26,088 bases of DNA from a virus (taxonomy: Duplodnaviria > Caudoviricetes): positions 1 through 26,088 of IMG/VR virus record IMGVR_UViG_3300037851_000206. The stretch is one strand, 5' to 3'. The first letter of the stretch is position 1. Each line of letters begins with the position of its first letter. Both the position numbers and the translations under genes were made by a program. Positions 1-8,580 of the stretch are shown here, in pieces. Under the pieces are notes generated by a model that was given only the letters and a program-made list of their open reading frames with translations, was not told the origin of the DNA and made no database searches.

Positions 1-2
1 TA

Positions 3-638
3 GGCATCGATCAAATCACAAACACCACGTTGACTGTAGTGGTGGGCGCAGGGGGGACGGGCGGCGCGGCGGTAACGACGGACGACACAAACGGCAATGC
101 TGGGACAACCGGCGGAACCAGCTATGCGTCGGGCGGGATAATAATTGCTCGCGCGAGAAACGGTGGAGCAGCAGGAGCGGGCGGGTCTACCGGCGTTGGC
201 GCTGGCGGTGTCGGTGGCACGGCAATGTGGCCTGGCACGGACGGAGGGTCGTCCGATGGATCTGACGGTGTAGCCACGCAAACCATCGGAGCGACCGGCG
301 GCGGTGGTGGTGGCTGGCTCAACACCAGCAACACGGAAACGGCTGGCGGCGACGGAGGAGTGTACGGAATCCAAGTCTCGACTGCTGCCGCTGGCGGAAC
401 GGCCGGCGGCGGAGCAGGGACCGCCGGTACCGATGCTGTCTCTAGTGCCTACTTGTCCTACGGGCAGGGCGGCGGCGGTGGCGGTTCTCGCGCATCAGGT
501 GGTACCGGTGGCACCGGCGGCAACGGCGCATTCCCTGGCGGTGGCGGCGGCGGTGGCGGTGCGAGTGTCAACGGCCAAAACAGCGGAGCAGGCGGCAACG
601 GCGGCAACGGGTTTGTCAGGATCATCGTTTATTACTGA
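3..638 (+). CDS. Glycine-rich phage tail-fibre-like protein, C-terminal part (5'-truncated by the window edge)
   Basis: The frame is open from position 3. It has GGGGGG/GGxGG repeats and ends in GGNGGNGFVRIIVYY, typical of phage glycine-rich domains. Confidence 0.7.
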   Translation, partial: GIDQITNTTLTVVVGAGGTGGAAVTTDDTNGNAGTTGGTSYASGGIIIARARNGGAAGAGGSTGVGAGGVGGTAMWPGTDGGSSDGSDGVATQTIGATGGGGGGWLNTSNTETAGGDGGVYGIQVSTAAAGGTAGGGAGTAGTDAVSSAYLSYGQGGGGGGSRASGGTGGTGGNGAFPGGGGGGGGASVNGQNSGAGGNGGNGFVRIIVYY

Positions 639-644
639 GGCAAC

Positions 645-1040
645 ATGGCAATCGCAATCCTCAACTCCGAAGGCCGGGTCATCACATTCGTCCGCGACGA
701 CGTTCCGTCGGGCTGGCAGCCGCCGGAGGGCACCACTGCCGTGCCAGACACCGAACTGCCGGAAGGCTGGGGGCGAGTCGAAGAACCGGACCCCGTACCA
801 TCTCAGGTGTCGGCGAGACAGATACGACTATGGCTAGTCCAGGCTGGCGTGAGCATGGCGACCGTGGAGGCGGCGATTGATTCGATCGAGGATGCCGTGA
901 TCCGTGAGTCGGTGCGGGTGGAGTGGGAGTATGCCCCACACGTGGAGCGAACCCATGCGTGGCTCGTGCCTATGGCCGCGGCTCTCGGATTCACCGAGCA
1001 GCAGATTGACCAGGCATTCCGGGAGGCGTCACAGCTATGA
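645..1040 (+). CDS. Phage hypothetical protein, tail-fibre-associated type
   Basis: GAGG RBS. The VPSQVSARQIRLWL...VEWEYA...IDQAFREA pattern is typical of small genes downstream of phage fibre genes. Confidence 0.6.
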   Translation: MAIAILNSEGRVITFVRDDVPSGWQPPEGTTAVPDTELPEGWGRVEEPDPVPSQVSARQIRLWLVQAGVSMATVEAAIDSIEDAVIRESVRVEWEYAPHVERTHAWLVPMAAALGFTEQQIDQAFREASQL

Positions 1041-1873
1041 TCGTATTCGATCGCGGTGTATATGAGTCATCGATTCTTGGGTCGGCAGAAGTTCTGTCGA
1101 TCGAAGACATTTATGCTCTGTTGGAAGTCAATGCCGCGTTGACGGATGCAGAGAAGGTGGTCGTTCAGCAATCGATGGTTGCGGCATGGGGTGCCATCCG
1201 TCGCTATCTCGGATACGACCCTGTGATTGAACAGCGGACGGAGTTCTATCCACAGATGGACTTCTCGTCTCTTGGTGGTGGGTCAAGGTGGGAGTCGAAT
1301 GATACCCATGCTTACATGAGACAGACGAACGGTGGCGCTTGCAACCAACTCCAACTCAGCCACATTCCAGTTCGATCGATTGTGTCCCTGCGAATCGATT
1401 ACGACGGGCGGGGTGGTTCCAGATCGGGTTCATTTGGTGATGCGACGGAGAAGACAGAGGGTGTCGATTTCTGGCGAAATACGGACACCTTGGACGGTGA
1501 AGGCGAGCCCATGAGCCGTGACGGCATTCTGTTTTCTCACGGCTTGTGGCCGTTGGTGCCGGGGTCAGTCAAGATCACGTATCTTGCAGGGTATCGAGCA
1601 ACAGAGTTGCGTGGGGAAGATGCGATCACCGATGCCTCATTGATTCGGGAATCATTGATCGATGAGACTATCCGTCGGCTTCATCGAAATGAGAGTCGTG
1701 CGAAACGATCGGCAACTGGATTTTCTGGACCGCTCACGAGTGAGAATCTTGGGGATTATTCGTACTCTGTTGATTCGACAGTTCGTAATGAGTTGGTGGC
1801 TGGTGGTGATCTGTCGAAAGTGAATTGCCAGCGGTTGGAGATGTTCCGTCGGTGTGACTTGGGGGTGCTGTGA
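1037..1873 (+). CDS. Putative head-tail connector/adaptor protein
   Basis: ATGA overlap. Motifs IRRYLGY, VKITYLAGY and SENLGDYSYS are characteristic of head-completion adaptors. Confidence 0.7.
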   Translation: MIVFDRGVYESSILGSAEVLSIEDIYALLEVNAALTDAEKVVVQQSMVAAWGAIRRYLGYDPVIEQRTEFYPQMDFSSLGGGSRWESNDTHAYMRQTNGGACNQLQLSHIPVRSIVSLRIDYDGRGGSRSGSFGDATEKTEGVDFWRNTDTLDGEGEPMSRDGILFSHGLWPLVPGSVKITYLAGYRATELRGEDAITDASLIRESLIDETIRRLHRNESRAKRSATGFSGPLTSENLGDYSYSVDSTVRNELVAGGDLSKVNCQRLEMFRRCDLGVL

Positions 1874-2505
1874 TGGCCCACAAACGGTACACGAAGAACT
1901 GGCACAATGAGCCCGATAAGCGATTGAAGCATCTCGCCAAGTTTGTTGGTCATCCGATCAACGTGTTGGAGATTGGGGTGCATGAGGGGCGATCAACGTG
2001 CTGGATGCTTGACAACATAGCGACCCATCCAGAATCCAAGGTCATTGCCGTTGATCCGTTTGGGTATGGGGGCGGGTCGAGTGAAGCGGAGACGGAGGCA
2101 ACTCGATTCAATGCGCGGGTGTGGGGTGAGCCCGATGCAATCAAAGCCAACTTCCTCCATAACACTGCCGAATACAACGGCAAGGTGAGTCTGTCTGAAT
2201 GGCCGTCTGACGAGTTCTTCCAGCATTGCCGACCCGGGTTCGCAGTGCCCGAATACTCTATCATCGTAGTCGATGGCGGACACTCCGCACCGCAAGCCGC
2301 CCGCGACTTGCTCCACTCGTGGGACTTGCTGGCAGTGGGCGGTATGTTGGTGTTCGACGACTACGAATGGAAGGGTGACGGCAAGTGGAAGTGTGATGGA
2401 CCGAAGCGAGCGATGGACGCCTTCTTGTCCATACTGCCAGAACCAGACGTCCGTGTAGCCTACAAGGGCTACATCGTCATCCTTGAGAAGCTCCGAGCAG
2501 ACTAG
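1873..2505 (+). CDS. Class I SAM-dependent methyltransferase (Methyltransf_24-like)
   Basis: VLEIGVHEGRST motif I, VDPF, IVVDGGH and LLAVGGMLVFDDYEW. Confidence 0.85.
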   Translation: MAHKRYTKNWHNEPDKRLKHLAKFVGHPINVLEIGVHEGRSTCWMLDNIATHPESKVIAVDPFGYGGGSSEAETEATRFNARVWGEPDAIKANFLHNTAEYNGKVSLSEWPSDEFFQHCRPGFAVPEYSIIVVDGGHSAPQAARDLLHSWDLLAVGGMLVFDDYEWKGDGKWKCDGPKRAMDAFLSILPEPDVRVAYKGYIVILEKLRAD

Positions 2506-2527
2506 GCACAGCAACGGGGAAGGCATA

Positions 2528-3507
2528 GTGAGCAACAAGGCGCTCCCGCTGATTGAGCTGGCCATTGAACAGGCTGCTGAGCTGTCTACGAGAGCGTTCT
2601 GCCCGACCGGACCTGGAGGCGGGCGGGACAACTCTTGCTCTCCCAACGGCGGCAAGTCAACTCCAGACTTTGGCAGCATGACGAGTAAGGACATCGTCGC
2701 ACACTTGCAGAAGTCGCTTGCGAAGCTGACCAAGGCAAGAGCTGATCTGCAAGCGGTTCGGGATCAGGTGAGGGAGAAAATTGCAGCTCGTGTTGAGGCA
2801 GGGGAGGACTACGACGACGTCACTGACGAGATGATAGAGGAGGAGATGGAGGCGACGATGCCCCTCTATGATGTAATAGAGGAAGCGAATGAGTCCATCA
2901 TGAAGGTGCTAACGCTTCCAGATCACAGGCAGTCTGGGATCCGTATTGCGCCGGGGTCTAATCTCAGCACTGATCAGAAAGAATTCGTCACTCAGTACGC
3001 CAAGCATGTAGACAAACTGTTGGATCGTGACGTACTCGCCTCAGCCAACACGGGACGTCCTAACATGGTTCCGGTTCGCATGGAGAAGGGTGTACGGGCC
3101 AATCACGACGGACGGGGCATCGTTCTCGGTAAGCTCAACTCCGATGATTTTTTCATGAGCTGGGTCATCATCTTGAGCTATCTGAGGGAGCACAGGACGC
3201 CGCTACTTCGTTTTTGAATGATCGCGCCAACTTCGGACAGCTTGAGCCTATCCCAGGTCACAAGGGCGAAATGGCATACATCGCTCGTCAAGGAGCGAAA
3301 GAGCTGCCGTCGTATGCCAGGAAATACTACTCGGGAGGGGAGACGGAGATCGTTTCCATGGGAGTTGAGCAGCTCATGAACGACCCGCATCACTTTCTGA
3401 CGAAGGACCCGGAATGGTTTGGGTTCACGGTCGGTATTATGAGGGGCGAGCACCTGAGCGGTGCTGAGAGGGAACGTGCAAGTCGTGCTCTGGATGGAGG
3501 AATCTGA
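2528..3507 (+). CDS. Tagged cargo protein: leader + Cys/Gly tag + zincin-like metallopeptidase, split by a -1 frameshift at about 3148-3154
   Basis: GTG start at 2528 and tag at 2597-2644. Frame 0 ends at 3217. The -1 frame reads HELGHHLE from 3154 and is continuous with ORF 3214-3507 (YARKYY...TEIVSMGVE...DPEWFGF). Confidence 0.75.
3148..3154 (+). promoter_or_regulatory. Candidate -1 slippery heptamer T_TTT_TTC (alternatively a homopolymer indel)
   Basis: An X_XXY_YYZ heptamer in the correct phase. A -1 shift gives DDFF-HELGHH. Confidence 0.45.
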
Positions 3508-3508
3508 C

Positions 3509-3754
3509 ATGCTGACGGTTCGCATACACGATCTTGACTACCACTGCGACGAGCAGGAGAAGTGGCACGGTCCGCGCAAGAACGTCTTATGGGCTCTGCA
3601 ATGGGCTCTTGACGATGCAAGGCGTCACGTATCTGCTGGCAGCGATGCGTACCCGGAACGAACGCAACTAGAAGCCGCTCGGAGTAGGTACCCGTCGCTG
3701 GAACTGATCACAATGGCTCCACCGCCCCGCCATGTACCAGGAGTGGTATACTGA
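3509..3754 (+). CDS. Small hypothetical protein downstream of the peptidase cargo (candidate partner/immunity protein)
   Basis: GGAGG RBS at 3496-3500 and ATG immediately after the upstream stop. The function is inferred from position only. Confidence 0.6.
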   Translation: MLTVRIHDLDYHCDEQEKWHGPRKNVLWALQWALDDARRHVSAGSDAYPERTQLEAARSRYPSLELITMAPPPRHVPGVVY

Positions 3755-4092
3755 TGAGGATCACAACGGACTCCATCGATCGGTTCTTGCAGTGCCTAGA
3801 CGATGCCCGTCACATCTGGTGTGATACGGTGAGGCTCAACATCGGCGAACGCCCGCTGGACGCTCAGAAGGATTGCGTCCGCTTCGAGATCGTGGTGCAA
3901 GCGTCCGCCATTGTGCGAGTCAGTGACGAGGAGAGCTACTTGCTTGAGGGCGGGGAGATCTGCGGCGTCGACTACCGCGACGCGACCCAGGAGACTACAG
4001 GCAGCGTCAAGGCGGCTGAGCTAGAGGAGCGAGTGCGGACTGCGGCTGCGGCAAGGGGTTGGAAGGTGCTGCCGGGTCTTATCGAGCTCTGA
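3754..4092 (+). CDS. Hypothetical protein
   Basis: TGATG coupling to the upstream gene; 112 aa. Confidence 0.65.
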   Translation: MRITTDSIDRFLQCLDDARHIWCDTVRLNIGERPLDAQKDCVRFEIVVQASAIVRVSDEESYLLEGGEICGVDYRDATQETTGSVKAAELEERVRTAAAARGWKVLPGLIEL

Positions 4093-4157
4093 TTCGGGTC
4101 AGCCGTATTCTGTAGACTCGTGCTACAATCTCGCAACCCGTATTCAGGAGACACTAC

Positions 4158-4496
4158 ATGGCCGTTCTAAGCTCGCACAATCCAGGCGTTCTGCACCACT
4201 TGCCCATCTCGACCGCTGCGAGCGGGGACACGACGATTCTCGCCGCTGTCACGGGCAAGCGCCTTCTGCTGTTGTCCTATGCCCTGGTGGCAAGTGGAGC
4301 GGTGGCCGTCAAGTTCAAGAGTGGCTCGACTGACTTGTCTGGAGCGATGGCACTGGCTGCCAATGGGTCGCTGACGGGCAGTCTCAACAAGTACGGCCAT
4401 GTCGCCACCGCTGCTGGACAGGCGCTGATCCTGAATCTCGGGACTGGTGTGCAAGTGAGTGGTCACGCTACAGTTCTTGAAGTGACAGAGGTCTAA
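4158..4496 (+). CDS. Hypothetical protein, possibly a small beta-rich virion protein
   Basis: AGGAG RBS; Ala/Gly/Ser/Thr-rich, 112 aa. Confidence 0.65.
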   Translation: MAVLSSHNPGVLHHLPISTAASGDTTILAAVTGKRLLLLSYALVASGAVAVKFKSGSTDLSGAMALAANGSLTGSLNKYGHVATAAGQALILNLGTGVQVSGHATVLEVTEV

Positions 4497-4534
4497 GTTC
4501 ACGGGCTGGCGATTATTCCAGGTCGCCTTGATTC

Positions 4535-4906
4535 ATGTCCATCCTTGACAATTTCCCTCACCGATGCCGTATCGAGCGTGTGTCACGTCAGCCTGACAGC
4601 ATGGGTGGGAATCGGGATGTGCCCATTGTGGTGGCCGAGGACGTGCCTTGCTGGTTGCAACAGGCAGGGGCTACGGAGCTGAAGCTCTTCGAGCAGCGGG
4701 GCATGACGCTGTCGTACAAGATCTTCTTCTTGACCGATCCCGGGGTCACTGCTCAGCACCAGATTGTCCTGACGTGGTACCAGGATCAAGAAGCCGAGTT
4801 CAACCCGGGCACCGTACTGTCCGCGACCAAGCCTGACGCCACTGCTGGTTTGGGTAAACTGTGGAAGGTGATGGTTGGCGAGCAGACACCGGAGTTCGTA
4901 GGATGA
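4535..4906 (+). CDS. Putative head-closure/head-tail joining protein (SPP1 gp16-like)
   Basis: The pattern HRCRIERVSRQPDSMGG...VAEDVPCWLQ...YKIFF and the size (123 aa) fit this family. Confidence 0.65.
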   Translation: MSILDNFPHRCRIERVSRQPDSMGGNRDVPIVVAEDVPCWLQQAGATELKLFEQRGMTLSYKIFFLTDPGVTAQHQIVLTWYQDQEAEFNPGTVLSATKPDATAGLGKLWKVMVGEQTPEFVG

Positions 4907-5322
4907 CCAAGAACCTTGAATCGCAGCTCCAGACCGCAATCGATCTGGCTTCCCAGCTCTCGAAAGGTTTCTGTGCGACCGGACAGGGCGGGGGTATCGA
5001 CAACTCATGCGGGCGTGAAGGTGGCGGGGATGCGAAAGTAGGCGCCGCCAAGGACAAGTACGTTGCAGGCGAGCCCCCGGCGGAAGGTATGCTCGCACCC
5101 AAGCCCCCTACCGTCAAGCTCCCAAAGTCAAAGGCACGGCTCAACATTGACGAGTCGAATGCGGCGTTGAAGCAGATGGGCTACACCGTCAAGAGCAAGA
5201 CAGCGCCGGACAGCTCAGGAAAGTGGAGCACGACCCATACACTGACTGATGCCAAGGACGCATCCGTAGCGATGTCTTCCAAGGGGCTCAAGAGTTTCAT
5301 CTACGCCAACCAGAAGAAGTAA
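4903..5322 (+). CDS. Tagged cargo protein: leader + tag + small basic domain of unknown function
   Basis: ATGA overlap at 4903; MTKNLESQLQTAIDLASQLSK-GFCATGQGGGIDNSC. Confidence 0.8.
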   Translation: MTKNLESQLQTAIDLASQLSKGFCATGQGGGIDNSCGREGGGDAKVGAAKDKYVAGEPPAEGMLAPKPPTVKLPKSKARLNIDESNAALKQMGYTVKSKTAPDSSGKWSTTHTLTDAKDASVAMSSKGLKSFIYANQKK

Positions 5323-5362
5323 GCTGGAGGCAGAGGGACGGTCTAAGAAGAACAGGAAGAAC

Positions 5363-5776
5363 ATGCGACCTTTCAAACGGCTTGTGGAGTGGATTGAGCA
5401 ACGTAGGTATCGGAGATCACTTGTCGGACGTCTGACGGACCTTCAACGCAAGCTCGTTCGCCTTGAATACGAACGACTTCGTGTGGAGGCAGAGGTTCAG
5501 CTACAGAAGACGGAGACTGAAGAGCAGCGCGTGCGGTACGATCGTGCCATGCAACGCCTTCAGGACTCTCTTGAGAAGAGTGAGTTGTTTGTCAAGAGAC
5601 AAAAGGAGGCGATCGACGCGCTAAATGATCAGCTCCAGACAGCAACGGAGCTGACCATTCCAACGCTCGTCGCCGCACATCAATTGGTCCTGAATCGGTT
5701 CGAGCACGAGTCGCAGATACTGGCAATGCGAAACGGTGCTATGGTGGCAGCAAGCCAGGGTAACAACGAAGGGTGA
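5363..5776 (+). CDS. Coiled-coil hypothetical protein
   Basis: AGGAAG RBS; heptad-rich L/E/Q/R sequence. Confidence 0.7.
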   Translation: MRPFKRLVEWIEQRRYRRSLVGRLTDLQRKLVRLEYERLRVEAEVQLQKTETEEQRVRYDRAMQRLQDSLEKSELFVKRQKEAIDALNDQLQTATELTIPTLVAAHQLVLNRFEHESQILAMRNGAMVAASQGNNEG

Positions 5777-5785
5777 TGACAAACC

Positions 5786-6286
5786 ATGAGACGCAAGCAA
5801 ACGATCAAGCTGATAGACACTGCGATTGAGCAAGCCGAACGTCTGTCAAAGGTGTTCTGTCCTACTGGACAGGGTGGCGGGGTGGATCCGACGTGCTCGC
5901 CTGGTGGTGGGCGGTCTGGTGATGGCGGGGGCAGTGGTGGGGATGTTTTTGCTCATGAGCGTGGCGGTAGAGAAGAATTGTACGATGGTCCAAACGTCAC
6001 TCCGACTCTATCCACATATCTGGCAGAGGGTCACGGAGCCTTCTCTATGGAGGATGTAGCAGAAGCTCAAGGGAGTGCCCAGAGCTGGTTGGATCGGGCG
6101 ATAGAGGAAATGCCGCCCCGAACTGATTCTGAGATTGATCAGTTCGAATCTGATATGTCTGCAACTGTTGACAACTGGGTGGAGAACGAGGGATACAACG
6201 AGGATGTGACGGAAGACGCCAAAGACATCTTTTACGAGGTTTTATCCGGAAATCTTCAACGACTTCGACAAGACAAAAAACGCTGA
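5786..6286 (+). CDS. Tagged cargo protein: leader + tag + acidic helical domain of unknown function
   Basis: KQTIKLIDTAIEQAERLSK-VFCPTGQGGGVDPTCSP followed by a D/E-rich region. Confidence 0.8.
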   Translation: MRRKQTIKLIDTAIEQAERLSKVFCPTGQGGGVDPTCSPGGGRSGDGGGSGGDVFAHERGGREELYDGPNVTPTLSTYLAEGHGAFSMEDVAEAQGSAQSWLDRAIEEMPPRTDSEIDQFESDMSATVDNWVENEGYNEDVTEDAKDIFYEVLSGNLQRLRQDKKR

Positions 6287-6303
6287 TCGTATGTCCATCC
6301 CGT

Positions 6304-6366
6304 AAGCTGCCAAAGAAAACTGAGTGGGGTGTCCTTGTGAGCAGACGTGTCGTAGAACTGATCGAC
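6304..6366 (+). repeat. Imperfect direct repeat of about 63 bp; second copy at 8547-8610
   Basis: aagctgccaaagaaaactgagtggggtgtccttgtgagcagacgtgtcgtagaactgatcgac versus aagccgccaaagaaaaactgagtgaggtgtccttgtgagcagacgtgttgtagagctgattgat. Confidence 0.9.
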
Positions 6367-6417
6367 GACAGCCCACCAAGCAAGCCCGGACGTCAGCCGC
6401 CACGCAAGAGAAACTGA
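6337..6417 (+). pseudogene. Remnant cargo gene, 26 aa (MSRRVVELIDDSPPSKPGRQPPRKRN)
   Basis: The first 10 aa are identical to the 8581 leader, and the end resembles the KKPPKKN tail of 8118-8567. Tag and cargo are missing. Confidence 0.65.
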
Positions 6418-6428
6418 AGGAGGCACCC

Positions 6429-8114
6429 GTGCCGTCAGCGATCACAAAGGCTCTGTCACGCGGACAGGCCATCTACGACGTAGCCCATCACACCGGTCTC
6501 TCTATGAAGAAACCGGACATCTCCCGCATCCTGATGCCGTTCGATGCCGCGTCGCCTTTCACCCAGCTCGCCGACCAGGCCGCCAACACCCGCCGTTATC
6601 AACTCTACCGCGGTTGGGTGTACGCCGCAGTGAATGCCCTTGCGGCCGAGGCAGCGGGGCAGCCTGTGACGCTCGGACGTGTGTCCAGCAAGTCCAAGAA
6701 GGGCAAGCCGAGAAGCGAGAAGGGGTACGTCAAGGTCCCTTCGTTCTACAGGACGAAGCAAGCAGACGACGAAGTCGAGATCATCTACGAGCACCCGCTA
6801 CTAGATGCACTGGAGCCGCCCAACCCTATTCAAGGCCTCTGGCAGTACGTCTACTCCTACGTCGCCAACCTATGCCTCACTGGCTGGTCGTTCATTGTGA
6901 TCGATGACCAGGGCAAGGACGGTCGCGACTACTACTCAATCCCAACCACATGGATACGCCCGGACCACAGCGAAGGAGCGTTCTCCAAGTTCCGCATCAT
7001 CAATCCGCAGAACCCAGCATCGGAGCTGAACGGGGAACCGTTGGACAGGTCGCAGGTCATGTTCGCGACGCTGCCAAACCCAGCTGACCCGATGGGTGCT
7101 CTATCCCCTTCCACAGCAACCTCGCAAGCGATTTCCATTGACGACCAAATCCAGACGTCGCAGGCGGCCTTTTTCGAGAACGGAATCTTTCCGTCAGTGA
7201 TCGTCACAATGGGTTCTAACCCGCACCCCGACGTACCAGCAGGCATTCGCCCACGACTGACATCGGAGCAGCGGCGGCAAGTGTACGGGGCCATCAAGAA
7301 GGTGAGCAGCGGTGTAGCGAACTACGGCAATCCAGCCATCATTGACGGCATGATCGAGAAGATTGAGCGTCTGTCCGCTTCGCAGAATGAGATGGGCTGG
7401 GAGAAGAGCGAGAAGGCAGTCCGCACTCGCATCCTGTCAGCATACGGAGTCCATCCGTTCATCCTTGGTGAGGAGATGCCGGGTTCGTATGCCCAGGCCA
7501 ACATTGTTGAGGGTCGCTTCTACAAGAAGGTAAACACCTACTTGAAGATGCTGAGCGACTTGCACACCGCCCACGCAAGGCAGCATGACGACGATTCCAT
7601 TCTGATGTGGTGGGAGCCGTGTAAGGCAGTGGATCCGGGCATGGAGCGGAGTGCATGGGAGTCGGCCAGGAACAGAGGGGACGTCCGCCAGAACGAGTAT
7701 CGAGCCGAGGTGATGGGACTGCCACCAGATCCAGATGAGACAGAAGAGCTCATTGACAAAGGCATGACGAAGGACGTGCTCGCTGTCGCTCAGGGCGTCC
7801 GTGCGGGCACGATTGAGAAGGAACAGGGTGTCGCCATTCTGGTCGGAATTGGGATGCCGGAGAAGATGGCACGAAAGATCGCAGGGGAGGCAGCACCGCC
7901 ACCGCCGGCCCCGCCAGCCGTTGCGCCGGGCATACCAGGCGCGCCCGTTGCGGGTGCCGTTGCTCCTCAGGCAGCAACGAACGAGCCTACAGGCGACGAT
8001 ATGCAACAGGCAGTCAAGACGCTTGATCGACTGATCGGAATCTGCGAACTGGATCCAGATGACGAGGTTGATCGTATTATGAGGAAGTCCTCAGTACATG
8101 CACAGGAGAAGTGA
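6429..8114 (+). CDS. Phage portal protein (HK97 family)
   Basis: AGGAGG RBS then GTG at 6429. Motifs WVYAAVNALA, HPLLDALEPPNP, FFENGIFPSVIV, ILSAYGVHPFILG and NEYRAEVMGLPP, with a Pro/Ala-rich tail. Confidence 0.9.
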   Translation: MPSAITKALSRGQAIYDVAHHTGLSMKKPDISRILMPFDAASPFTQLADQAANTRRYQLYRGWVYAAVNALAAEAAGQPVTLGRVSSKSKKGKPRSEKGYVKVPSFYRTKQADDEVEIIYEHPLLDALEPPNPIQGLWQYVYSYVANLCLTGWSFIVIDDQGKDGRDYYSIPTTWIRPDHSEGAFSKFRIINPQNPASELNGEPLDRSQVMFATLPNPADPMGALSPSTATSQAISIDDQIQTSQAAFFENGIFPSVIVTMGSNPHPDVPAGIRPRLTSEQRRQVYGAIKKVSSGVANYGNPAIIDGMIEKIERLSASQNEMGWEKSEKAVRTRILSAYGVHPFILGEEMPGSYAQANIVEGRFYKKVNTYLKMLSDLHTAHARQHDDDSILMWWEPCKAVDPGMERSAWESARNRGDVRQNEYRAEVMGLPPDPDETEELIDKGMTKDVLAVAQGVRAGTIEKEQGVAILVGIGMPEKMARKIAGEAAPPPPAPPAVAPGIPGAPVAGAVAPQAATNEPTGDDMQQAVKTLDRLIGICELDPDDEVDRIMRKSSVHAQEK

Positions 8115-8117
8115 GCG

Positions 8118-8567
8118 ATGAGCAAGCAAACCATCAAGCTGATTGACACCGCCATTGAGCAAGCCCATCGCCTGTCGAAGGTGTTCTGTCCTACTGGCCA
8201 AGGCGGCGGTCGGGATCCAACGTGCTCGCCAGGCGGCGGGAGGGGTGACGGTGGCGGCAATCCTATGGTGACTTCGACGGGCGACGAGATAAAGGTTGGT
8301 CATACTTACTTGGACACTGAAACAGGTGACGAGTTTACAGTGGAAGAGTTTCATGTTCTTGTTCGTTATGAGCCTGTCACAACTCCGTTTCCAGAAAAGG
8401 TAGAGAAGCCTATTGTCATAGGTACCATACCGGGATGGAAAGGTCAAAGGTGGAGGTACCCGCACAAACTAGGTCCGCTTGTGAGTAAGCCAGCCAAGCC
8501 GCCGAAGGCACCCAAGCCAGCCAAACCATCAAAGCCAGCCAAGAAGAAGCCGCCAAAGAAAAACTGA
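8118..8567 (+). CDS. Tagged cargo protein: leader + tag + small beta domain + Lys/Pro-rich tail
   Basis: Leader and tag are nearly identical to those of the 5786 gene. It ends KPAKPPKAPKPAKPSKPAKKKPPKKN. Confidence 0.8.
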   Translation: MSKQTIKLIDTAIEQAHRLSKVFCPTGQGGGRDPTCSPGGGRGDGGGNPMVTSTGDEIKVGHTYLDTETGDEFTVEEFHVLVRYEPVTTPFPEKVEKPIVIGTIPGWKGQRWRYPHKLGPLVSKPAKPPKAPKPAKPSKPAKKKPPKKN

Positions 8568-8580
8568 GTGAGGTGTCCTT

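Noticed and set aside
4121-4129. Extended -10-like TGCTACAAT upstream of 4158
   Set aside because: Plausible but short, with no convincing -35, and it cannot be distinguished from chance.
6324-6428. ORF-track N-terminal extension of the portal, and similar extensions at 2483, 4861, 16140, 17389, 21134 and 22260
   Set aside because: Better starts with an RBS or stop/start overlaps lie downstream (6429, 2528, 4903, 16173, 17476, 21182, 22356).
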